The notes below the pieces were generated by a model that saw only the letters and a list, made by a program, of their open reading frames with translations, searched no databases and was not told the DNA's origin. Positions 18,224 to 28,268 of a stretch of 64,000 nt of DNA are shown in pieces. Numbering within the stretch: the first letter of the stretch is position 1; each line of letters begins with the position of its first letter. Made by a program: the position numbers and the translations under genes. Origin of the DNA: Bacillales bacterium UBA1188 (lineage in GTDB: Bacteria; Bacillota_I; Bacilli_A; Izemoplasmatales; UBA1188); contig DBYK01000006.1 in NCBI GenBank assembly GCA_002310135.1, forward strand, positions 25,195 through 89,194. The letters run 5' to 3'.

Positions 18224-20095
18224 ATGAAGAAAAATATTGTTAAATTATTTTTTACATTACTAGTTGCAGTATGCTTAACATTCGCTAGTGTTTCTATCGC
18301 TTACGCTGAGCCAAGTCCTTCAAGTCCTTTAAGACCAGAAGTACCTGAAATTACTGAAGTAGTTGTGAAGAATAGCGATGGTACTACTGTTGCTATTGAT
18401 ATGGATACAGATATCACTGTTAAATCTGTCAGTGAAGCTGAAGATACGCCAGGTGAAGCAACTTCTACTGCTTTGGTAGCAGCTAAGAATGCTCTAAACC
18501 AAGTTTTAGGAGAAGAAAATCACACAACACAAAAGGCAAGTCAAGATAATTTAAGTAAAGCATTATCAAATCTTGAAATCGATGGTAATAAGTATAGACC
18601 AAAAGATTATGATGCTGATGCCGTATTTGAAGTAACTGTATCAGATGCTATTAAACAAATTCTATCTCAAGGTGGAACAATCACAATTGACTTCGATTAT
18701 AGCAATTCTAAGTTACCAATTGTCATTCACCAAAATGAAGAAACTCAAGAATGGATTTTTGTGGCTGAAAATAAAGTTACTAAGAAAGGTGATGGCATAT
18801 CTGTAGAATTCGATAGCCTTTGCCCTGTTGCATTCCTACAATTATCTGCTGATGCTCAACCAATTAGAGATATAACTCCATTAATTATCATCATAGTTAT
18901 AGCTGTAATAATTATTGCGATTCTCCTCATTATATTCCTAAAAAAAAGGAAAGAGAAAGACTCAGAAGACGAGACAGTAAATGAGGAAGAAGAAAAACCA
19001 GCTGAAAACGAAGTAGTTGAAGATAATGAAGAGGAGGAAACTCCTGCTGAAGAGCCAGAGGATGCTCCAGTTGAAGAACCTGCTGAAGAAGCTGAAGAGG
19101 AAACTCCTGCTGAAGAGGAACCTAAAGAGGAAGAAAAACCAGCTGAAACAGTTATTATTCCAACATTTAGATATGAAGATGATGAAGAAGACATTCCAAT
19201 CCCTGAAGATGTAAATCCTGAAGATTTAATTGAAGAGGAATTAGATGAATTCTTATCAATTGAATACAATGAATCATATGTTGCTAAATTAGTTCTTCTA
19301 AGCGATGAACTCAAAGAAAGCTATAATGCTATTGCAAATCTAATTAATTCTTACAAAGTTTCAGATAGAATTTCATGGAAATATGAAAAGTTCACTAAGA
19401 ATAGAAATGTATTTGCTAAATTAGAAGTTCGTGGTAAAGCTATTTGCCTATACTTAGCTGTTGATGCTGAAAAGTATGCTGATATCAAGAAATACCAATT
19501 GAAACAAGGTAAGAAAGGATTCTCAGTAATTAAAGTTAGAAGTCCAAGAAAGACTAAATATGCTTTAGCATTACTAGAAGACTTACTGAATGAAATTGGT
19601 GCAGTTAAGAAAAAGAACTTCAAAGAAGTTGACTTCTTCGAACCATATAAATCAGATACTGAAAAGACTTTAATTTCTAAAGAATTAATTAAGATTAAAG
19701 TTGAAAAGACTAATACTGAAAACCATAGAGCTCACCAAGTTAAAATGTTTAAATCTACTTCTGTTTATAACATCCATAAACATATGTCAAGTAAGGATGC
19801 CTTAAACTTAGTAGGTAAATCAAATAGATCAGTTGATGAAACTAACTTTGGTATCGTTTATACTGATTCACTTTGTGAAGCATTTGATGGTGATGAAGTA
19901 ATCACTCTAGATTTAATTAAAGAAAAGGTTCCTGAAGTAGATCAAACAATGACTGCTTACAAACTCAAACCACGTGGAAGAATGACTAAAGCCTTAACAA
20001 TCGATTGCGATGCCTTCACATTAGGCGCCGCAAAGATGGTTGCTTTAACAGGTGGTAAGTTATTATCTCCAAGTGATAAAGAATCAGAAGAATAA
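18224..20095 (+). CDS. Single-pass membrane protein: signal peptide, extracellular domain, TM, acidic linker, cytoplasmic domain, C-terminal uL15-like domain
   Basis: AYA signal cleavage; TM LIIIIVIAVIIIAILLIIFL then KKRK; Glu/Pro-rich linker; C-terminus IVYTDSL..F..DEVITLDLIKE..KLKPRGRMTKALTIDCDAFTLGAAKMVALTGGK resembles the uL15 globular domain. Confidence 0.75.
   Translation: MKKNIVKLFFTLLVAVCLTFASVSIAYAEPSPSSPLRPEVPEITEVVVKNSDGTTVAIDMDTDITVKSVSEAEDTPGEATSTALVAAKNALNQVLGEENHTTQKASQDNLSKALSNLEIDGNKYRPKDYDADAVFEVTVSDAIKQILSQGGTITIDFDYSNSKLPIVIHQNEETQEWIFVAENKVTKKGDGISVEFDSLCPVAFLQLSADAQPIRDITPLIIIIVIAVIIIAILLIIFLKKRKEKDSEDETVNEEEEKPAENEVVEDNEEEETPAEEPEDAPVEEPAEEAEEETPAEEEPKEEEKPAETVIIPTFRYEDDEEDIPIPEDVNPEDLIEEELDEFLSIEYNESYVAKLVLLSDELKESYNAIANLINSYKVSDRISWKYEKFTKNRNVFAKLEVRGKAICLYLAVDAEKYADIKKYQLKQGKKGFSVIKVRSPRKTKYALALLEDLLNEIGAVKKKNFKEVDFFEPYKSDTEKTLISKELIKIKVEKTNTENHRAHQVKMFKSTSVYNIHKHMSSKDALNLVGKSNRSVDETNFGIVYTDSLCEAFDGDEVITLDLIKEKVPEVDQTMTAYKLKPRGRMTKALTIDCDAFTLGAAKMVALTGGKLLSPSDKESEE
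18989..19148 (+). repeat. Intragenic direct repeats in the acidic linker
   Basis: GAAGAAAAACCAGCTGAAA at 18989 and 19130; GAGGAAACTCCTGCTGAAGAG at 19034 and 19097. Confidence 0.8.
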
Positions 20096-20118
20096 TTTAA
20101 TTATATTAAAAAATATAA

Positions 20119-20145
20119 AACTGCCCAGTATGACGCTGGGCAGTT
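20119..20145 (+). terminator. GC-rich hairpin between the uL15-domain gene and LCP (weak terminator or stabiliser)
   Basis: AACTGCCCAG/CTGGGCAGTT stem with a poor U-tract. Confidence 0.55.
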
Positions 20146-20153
20146 ATTAAAAT

Positions 20154-21125
20154 ATGGGAAGAAAAAAGAAAATTATATCCATCATCTTAATAACTGTATT
20201 TCTTGTATCTTTTTTTGCATTAATTTTCTCATTGGATACTATTTTTAATGTTGAAAATAATGATAATAAAAAAGCATCTGACCTACAAAAAAAGAGTTTG
20301 GTTTATTTCGATGATGAAGCATATAAACCTAAGAAGACAGTCAACTATTTGATAGTTGGAATAGATTCTTCTGGCCCATTAAATCCTTCTAATTCCTATA
20401 TGAACACAAATCTAAACGATTTTATCGTTCTCATATCTTTCAATAGAGAAAATAAAACCTACTTCTTCTTGCCTATTAATAGAGATACAATTTGTAAAGT
20501 TTATTCTATTGGGCTTACTGGAAAAGTCACAGGATCTATAGAAACACAACTAGCCTACGCCCATACTCAAGGCAATGGACTTAAACCAAGTTTTCAAAAT
20601 ACTCTACGTTCTGTTTCTGAACTTCTCTTCTCTCTTGATATAGAAAGATTTGTGGGAATTACTATGTCCGCAGTTCCAGTTATCAATGATTTCTTCGGAG
20701 GAGTTACTATAACGCTTGATGAAGATTTAAGCGCTCTTGATGACACATGGACTATAGGGAGCGAAATCACTCTTCTTGGTGATGATTCATTAAAATATGT
20801 TAGAGCGAGAAGTGAAGTATCTGATGGATCAAATATTTCGAGAATGAGAAGACAAAAGAAATATATTACTTCTCTTGCGAATAAGGTTAGAAATGGTAAT
20901 TATGATCCACAAACTCTCCTAAATTTAGTTGATGATTATATGTGTAATAATTTAGTCACTGGAGATTATTTAGATTTAAAATCATATCTTGAAGAATATA
21001 CATATACTGGAACTTATGAAATTGAGGGTTCATCAAGGATAGGAGATGATGGTTTAGCTGAATTTATTGTAGACTCAGATAAGCTTAAAAGACTAGTTAT
21101 TGAACTATTTTATAATAAAGCATAA
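20154..21125 (+). CDS. LytR-CpsA-Psr (LCP) family protein
   Basis: N-terminal TM, NYLIVGID, NDFIVL, PINRDT, YVRAR, SNISRMRRQ. Confidence 0.88.
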   Translation: MGRKKKIISIILITVFLVSFFALIFSLDTIFNVENNDNKKASDLQKKSLVYFDDEAYKPKKTVNYLIVGIDSSGPLNPSNSYMNTNLNDFIVLISFNRENKTYFFLPINRDTICKVYSIGLTGKVTGSIETQLAYAHTQGNGLKPSFQNTLRSVSELLFSLDIERFVGITMSAVPVINDFFGGVTITLDEDLSALDDTWTIGSEITLLGDDSLKYVRARSEVSDGSNISRMRRQKKYITSLANKVRNGNYDPQTLLNLVDDYMCNNLVTGDYLDLKSYLEEYTYTGTYEIEGSSRIGDDGLAEFIVDSDKLKRLVIELFYNKA

Positions 21126-21148
21126 GAGAAACTCCGGTTTCTCTTTTT
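21124..21148 (+). terminator. Intrinsic terminator after LCP
   Basis: AAGAGAAAC-TCCG-GTTTCTCTTTTT. Confidence 0.75.
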
Positions 21149-21262
21149 AATGATTTTTTCACTTTTTATGACTGGAATTGTCAATAATATTGAATAAATC
21201 ATAATAAAATGTTAGTATTGTCTCGTGATACTATTTCACAAAAGGGAGAGAAAGAATTAAAT

Positions 21263-22105
21263 ATGTTAGTTGTAACAAACTGGCTTTGGCCTTTTGAAAG
21301 GCCAACTAATTATGGTTGGTACCATATTGTTTGGCTTGTAATAATGGTTATTTCATGTATTGTAATATCATTAACACTAGCTAAAAAACACGATAAGAAA
21401 ATAGATAATAGGGTTGTATTTGCTTTTGGAACTCTCTTAGTACTAATTGAAACTTATAAGCAGGTATTTTATACTCTTGAAGCAGGGCACTATCAATGGT
21501 ATGCATTTCCATTCCAATTCTGTTCAGTTCCAATGTATGTCGCATTTATTGCACCACTTATAAGAAACGAAAAGATACAAGATTCAATGTATAAGTTCTT
21601 AGCATTTTATGGATTCTTAGCGGGTTTCGCAGTAATGCTTTATCCTGATACATGTTTCCAAACACCTTATACTACTATCTTAATTCACACTATGCTATGG
21701 CATACTACAATGGTTGTAATGGGCGTATATTTACTCGTGTCAAGAGAATACGCAAGTTCATTGAAAAATATTGTTAAAGATTTATTCCCTGGATTCATTG
21801 TATTACTTGTTATCATAGTAATTTCATTAATTGTTAATGAAGTTGGATACAAACTATACTTTGGCACAGATAAGAATATCTATAACGATACATTATTCTT
21901 TATGTACTTATCACCATATTATCCAAGTCCACTACCAATCTTAAGCACAATTAAAGAAGCAACTCCTTATATTGTATTCCTAATTACATATATAGTGGCG
22001 TTCCTCTTAGGTATCACAGTAATGTTTATGATTGTTCTGGGTATTAGAAGTTTTGCAAAAATCTTTGGTACATCTAAAGATAAAAAACTTCCTCAGCATA
22101 GTTAG
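21263..22105 (+). CDS. YwaF-like integral membrane protein
   Basis: Multiple TM helices, YGWYH, FPFQFCS, HTMLWH; start set at ATG 21263. Confidence 0.7.
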   Translation: MLVVTNWLWPFERPTNYGWYHIVWLVIMVISCIVISLTLAKKHDKKIDNRVVFAFGTLLVLIETYKQVFYTLEAGHYQWYAFPFQFCSVPMYVAFIAPLIRNEKIQDSMYKFLAFYGFLAGFAVMLYPDTCFQTPYTTILIHTMLWHTTMVVMGVYLLVSREYASSLKNIVKDLFPGFIVLLVIIVISLIVNEVGYKLYFGTDKNIYNDTLFFMYLSPYYPSPLPILSTIKEATPYIVFLITYIVAFLLGITVMFMIVLGIRSFAKIFGTSKDKKLPQHS

Positions 22106-22106
22106 A

Positions 22107-22145
22107 AAAAATAAAGCAATGCGCTTACTGCATTGCTTTATTTTT
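22107..22145 (+). terminator. Intrinsic terminator
   Basis: ATAAAGCAATGC/GCATTGCTTTAT with a T-run. Confidence 0.8.
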
Positions 22146-22222
22146 GTCTTCTTCTAATTTGACTTTTCTCTACTTTTATTGTAAATTGAACTTAGTATGT
22201 ATTTTAGGAGGAGACAACGATT

Positions 22223-23062
22223 ATGAAGCCAATTATTGCGATTTGTTATGATTTTGATAAGACTCTTGCAACCAATGATATGCAGTCGTTTTCTTTTATT
22301 CCAAAATTAGGCTTAACCGAAAGCGAGTTCTGGTCTGAGTGCGAAACATTTTCTAAATCTCATTCTGTTGATCCAACATTAAGTTATCTTAGAGTTATGA
22401 TCAATGAATGTGAAAAAAAATATGTAAAACTCACAAGGGAATATTTAACTTCTTTAGGAAAAGATATCAAATACTTCGATGGCGTAGATACTTTCTTTAA
22501 AAGAATTAATGATTATGGAAATGAAAGAGGAGTTGAAATAGAACACTATATAATCTCATCTGGAAATAAAGAAATTATTGAAGGTTCATCAATATACAAA
22601 GAATTTAAAGAAGTTTATGGATGTGAATTCTTATATAATGACATAGGTGTTGCATACTGGCCTAAAACTATAGTTAATTATACTTTAAAAACACAATTCT
22701 TATTTAGAATAGTTAAAGGCGCAAGTGATCTTACAGACGATGAGAAGATTAACCAAAGAATAGATAAAAAACATGTAGAATTTAGAAATATGATCTATAT
22801 TGGTGATGGTCTTACAGATGTCCCAGCGATGACATTAGTTAAAGAAAAGGGTGGTATTGCGATATCAATATATTCAAAAGACAAACAAGAAAAATCAATC
22901 CAACTCGTTAAAGATGGAAGAGTCAACTATGCATGTCTAAGCGATTATAGAGATGATTCAGAACTATTTAAAATATTAAAACTTATAATTGATTCTATAA
23001 GTGTTAAAGAAGAACTTCTAAAAAAGGAAGAGGCAAATCAAAATGAATTAGTTAAAGAATAG
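22223..23062 (+). CDS. HAD-superfamily hydrolase
   Basis: YDFDKTL motif I, IISSG motif II, YIGDGLTD motif IV. Confidence 0.88.
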   Translation: MKPIIAICYDFDKTLATNDMQSFSFIPKLGLTESEFWSECETFSKSHSVDPTLSYLRVMINECEKKYVKLTREYLTSLGKDIKYFDGVDTFFKRINDYGNERGVEIEHYIISSGNKEIIEGSSIYKEFKEVYGCEFLYNDIGVAYWPKTIVNYTLKTQFLFRIVKGASDLTDDEKINQRIDKKHVEFRNMIYIGDGLTDVPAMTLVKEKGGIAISIYSKDKQEKSIQLVKDGRVNYACLSDYRDDSELFKILKLIIDSISVKEELLKKEEANQNELVKE

Positions 23063-23105
23063 GATATCCTATTCTTTTTTAAATAAAAAAGGATGCATTT
23101 GCATC

Positions 23106-24729
<1,624 letters not shown>

Positions 24730-24939
24730 ATTATTACCTCTTTTGTTTAACGAACAAACATAATTTGTTTAGTATTATCAAAACATCAACAAAATAAGCC
24801 TTATTATATTTAATAATTTATCATAAAATACGAAATATTTTAACAAAATGTTTATATATTTAACAATTACTATGTTCATTATGTGTGCCTGTTGGACTTT
24901 TCCAATTATCAATGTTAAAATATCAATAAGAGATTTTTT

Positions 24940-26661
24940 ATGAAAATAGAGAGATTAAAAAAAGAATTAAAAGAATTATTTGGTGAACAACTAGAGGTTA
25001 CTCAAACTAATGATTCAAGAATTCTATCTGGTGAGTTAGATTCTTATCAAGATATCTTATATGCTTGTAATCTAGCTGTCTTAAAGAAATCCAAAATTCA
25101 TGTTGTGAACAACATCAAATTAAAAGGTGTAGATAAAGTAAAACCTATCCTCCCTAAAATTAAAGATTCAAGTCTTGATGGGGAGATTTTTGATGTTGTA
25201 ATAATTGGTGGTGGAATATCTGGTACATCAATATTAAGGGAATTATCAAAATGGAATCTTAAACTTCTTCTAATAGAAAAAGAGAGCGATGTCGCAAATG
25301 GACAATCATCAAGAAATGATGGCGAAATACATCCTGGTGTAGATTTATCTAAAGGAAGCGTTAAACAATCTTATGTTGTAAAAGGCAATAGAATGTATGA
25401 CAAGATTTCAGAAGAATTAGATGTACCATTTAAAAGAATTGGACAAATCGCTGGATTTACTAACATATGGCTCGCTCCTATTATTTGGGCTTTTACTCTT
25501 GAAAGGAAATTCCATTGTAAAGTTGATGATACAAGGTTTGTGTCAGGGAAATTCATCAAAAAACATTTTCCTGGCTTGAATCCAGATTTTAAATTTGGAA
25601 TATATAATCCTTCTTCTGGTGTAATAAGTCCATATGAATTAACTATAGCCTATGCAGAAAACGCTATAGAAAATGGCGCAAGAATATCTCTTAATACAGC
25701 GTGCTTATCTATGGATATTAAAGATCATGAGATTAAATCTATAGAAACTAATAGGGGAAGAATCTATACAAAAGTAGTGATTAATTGTGCTGGTGTATTC
25801 AGTGATGATGTAGCTGAAATGGCTGATGATAAATTCTTCTCAATTCATCCAAGAAAAGGAACTATAGTAATAGGTGATAAAAAGAATTCTTCTTTTATAA
25901 ACACTATAGCGTCTTATAAATCTTTGAATAAGAAAGAGAATACATCTCATTCTAAAGGTGGAGGTTTAATAAAGACGATATCATCTAATACTCTAGCGGG
26001 GCCAGACGCAATTGAAACATATCTTAAAGAAGACTATTCTACTGATATGGATAGTATAAATAGGATATACAGCAAGCAAAAGAAAACTTCTTCTTATTTA
26101 AGCGAGAAGAACATTATCACATATTTTAGTGGTTTTAGAGCCGCAACATTTGAAGAAGATTATATTCTAGAAAGAGGTAGAAACACTAAAAACATAATTC
26201 ATGTTGCGGGAATACAGTCTCCAGGACTTACTACAGCTCCAGCTGTAAGTCTTGATATAGAAGATTTATGTATATCAATTCTTAAAGAAACTATGGATGT
26301 TAGTAAAAATGAAAACTATAATCCATATAGAAAGAAATATCCAAGATTAAGTGAATTATCACTTGAAGAAAGAGATAAATTAATCAAGGATAATCCTGAT
26401 TATGGTGAAATAGTTTGTAGATGTGAAGAAGTATCTAAAGGCGAAATAATAGATGCATTAGATAGACCACTTAAAGTCCCAACAATTAACGCTATTAAAA
26501 GAAGGGTTAGACCTGGTATGGGTAGATGCCAAGGTGGTTTTTGTGCTCCTTTAGTCGCAAAAATAATTAGTGAACATGAGAATGTTCCACTAAAAGATGT
26601 AATGTATAGTGGAGTTGATTCAAAAATAGGAAAAGATATGAGGGAGGATAAAAATGAATAA
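24940..26661 (+). CDS. FAD-dependent oxidoreductase (GlpA/LhgO-like glycerol-3-phosphate dehydrogenase) with N-terminal BON-like and C-terminal BFD-like 2Fe-2S domains
   Basis: IIGGGISG, QSSRNDGEIHPG, IQSPGLT, VCRCEEV..GMGRCQGGFC. Confidence 0.85.
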   Translation: MKIERLKKELKELFGEQLEVTQTNDSRILSGELDSYQDILYACNLAVLKKSKIHVVNNIKLKGVDKVKPILPKIKDSSLDGEIFDVVIIGGGISGTSILRELSKWNLKLLLIEKESDVANGQSSRNDGEIHPGVDLSKGSVKQSYVVKGNRMYDKISEELDVPFKRIGQIAGFTNIWLAPIIWAFTLERKFHCKVDDTRFVSGKFIKKHFPGLNPDFKFGIYNPSSGVISPYELTIAYAENAIENGARISLNTACLSMDIKDHEIKSIETNRGRIYTKVVINCAGVFSDDVAEMADDKFFSIHPRKGTIVIGDKKNSSFINTIASYKSLNKKENTSHSKGGGLIKTISSNTLAGPDAIETYLKEDYSTDMDSINRIYSKQKKTSSYLSEKNIITYFSGFRAATFEEDYILERGRNTKNIIHVAGIQSPGLTTAPAVSLDIEDLCISILKETMDVSKNENYNPYRKKYPRLSELSLEERDKLIKDNPDYGEIVCRCEEVSKGEIIDALDRPLKVPTINAIKRRVRPGMGRCQGGFCAPLVAKIISEHENVPLKDVMYSGVDSKIGKDMREDKNE

Positions 26662-27907
26662 TCATTATGATTTAATAGTCATTGGATCTGGGCCTGCCGG
26701 AATATCAAGTGCGATAAGCGCTAAAGAGAATGGATCAAACTGTCTACTAATTGAAAGGGAAGCATCTTTAGGTGGCATATTAAAACAATGTATACATGAT
26801 GGCTTTGGGCTTATTACCTTTAATGAAAAATTATCTGGCCCAGAATATATAGAAAGATATATAGAGAAATTTAAGAAACTTAATATTGATTATCTAACTC
26901 TTGCCTTCGTAATAGATATTAAGAAAACTCCTGAAAACTTCATTCTTGAAGTTGTGACTAGAGATGGAATAAAAGAGTTTTATTCTGATTCATTAATACT
27001 TGCGTGTGGTTGTAGAGAAAGAACAGCGAAAGGAGTATTTATCCATGGTACTAGACCATATGGAGTATTGACCGCAGGAAGCGCTCAAGCATTAGTTAAT
27101 CTCAATGGTGTGGTTGTAGGAAAGAATGTCTGTATTCTTGGAAGTGGTGATATAGGCTTAATTATGGCAAGGCGTATGGTGCTTGAAGGCGCTAATGTAA
27201 TAGGTGTATATGAAATTAAAGATACGCCTTCTGGCCTTAGTAGAAACATCCATCAATGTTTAAACGATTATAATATTCCACTTCATCTTTCAACTACTGT
27301 AAAAAGGGTATTCGGTTATGAAAGGTTAGAAGCAATAGAGATAGTAAAAGTCGACAAAAATTTTAAACCAATAGATGGAACTGAAGAAATAATAGAATGT
27401 GATACGCTTCTTCTATCGGTTGGATTAATACCTGAAAATGAACTTGGCGAAAAAATAGGTATAGAAATAGATTCAAGGACAAAAGGCGCTAAATGCGATA
27501 ATAATTTTGAAACTGTGATCGACAATGTCTATACTTGTGGTAATTCAACACACGTTAATGATTTAGTTGATTATGTTTCATTAAGTGGCAAAATCGCTGG
27601 AAAAATGACCACAATAAAAAAGGACAGTCCAAGATTATTAAAAGATATCATAATTAAAGGAAATACTATGTATCTCGTTCCACAAATGTTAAATATTAAT
27701 AGTGATTTAAGTAATGTGGAGATGTTTTTTAGAAGTAATTGTGATTTAAAAGAACCTATTATAACAATAAGTGTTGATGGTAATATAATATTTAAAAAGA
27801 AATATATGGTTTTAAGGCCACCAGAGATGGAAAAAATTTCTGTTAACCTATCTCAAGTTAATAAAGATTCAACTATAGAATTTAATATAGAGGGTATTAA
27901 ATTATGA
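26654..27907 (+). CDS. NAD(P)/FAD-dependent oxidoreductase (partner subunit)
   Basis: IGSGPAG, LGGILKQCIHDGFG, GCRER, ILGSGDIGLIMARR, SVGLIPENE. Confidence 0.88.
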   Translation: MNNHYDLIVIGSGPAGISSAISAKENGSNCLLIEREASLGGILKQCIHDGFGLITFNEKLSGPEYIERYIEKFKKLNIDYLTLAFVIDIKKTPENFILEVVTRDGIKEFYSDSLILACGCRERTAKGVFIHGTRPYGVLTAGSAQALVNLNGVVVGKNVCILGSGDIGLIMARRMVLEGANVIGVYEIKDTPSGLSRNIHQCLNDYNIPLHLSTTVKRVFGYERLEAIEIVKVDKNFKPIDGTEEIIECDTLLLSVGLIPENELGEKIGIEIDSRTKGAKCDNNFETVIDNVYTCGNSTHVNDLVDYVSLSGKIAGKMTTIKKDSPRLLKDIIIKGNTMYLVPQMLNINSDLSNVEMFFRSNCDLKEPIITISVDGNIIFKKKYMVLRPPEMEKISVNLSQVNKDSTIEFNIEGIKL

Positions 27908-28257
27908 AAAGAGTTATATGTATAGAATGCCCTAATGGCTGCGCTTTAGAGATAAATGAAGAAACACTTGAAGTAACAGGAAATAGATGCAAAAGAGGAG
28001 AAATCTTCATAAAGTCTGAACTCACAAATCCAAAAAGGACCATTCAGACAACTGTAAAGACTATATTTAAAGAAGTTCCTGTAGTACCTGTAAGAGTATC
28101 TTCTTTAATCCCAAAAGATAAGATATTCGATGTAATGAAAGAAATAAAAAAAGTTGTTATAGATAAAAAGCTTAAGATTGGTGATGTTGTTATTAAAGAT
28201 GTGCTAGACTTAGGCGTTGATGTAATAATAACTTCAAACAAATTAAATGAATTTTAA
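27904..28257 (+). CDS. DUF1667-type small CxxCP protein
   Basis: CIECPNGC..GNRCKRG..NPKR; usual third gene of this oxidoreductase trio. Confidence 0.85.
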   Translation: MKRVICIECPNGCALEINEETLEVTGNRCKRGEIFIKSELTNPKRTIQTTVKTIFKEVPVVPVRVSSLIPKDKIFDVMKEIKKVVIDKKLKIGDVVIKDVLDLGVDVIITSNKLNEF

Positions 28258-28268
28258 GGAGAAAAAAT

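Noticed and set aside
18856-19314. 152-aa Ser-rich minus-strand ORF
   Set aside because: Mirror of the GAA-rich acidic linker on the plus strand; no independent evidence
27904-27907. Mycoplasma-type genetic code (TGA = Trp)
   Set aside because: TGA terminates genes at ATGA overlaps (27904-27907, 47870-47873) and conserved Trp positions use TGG
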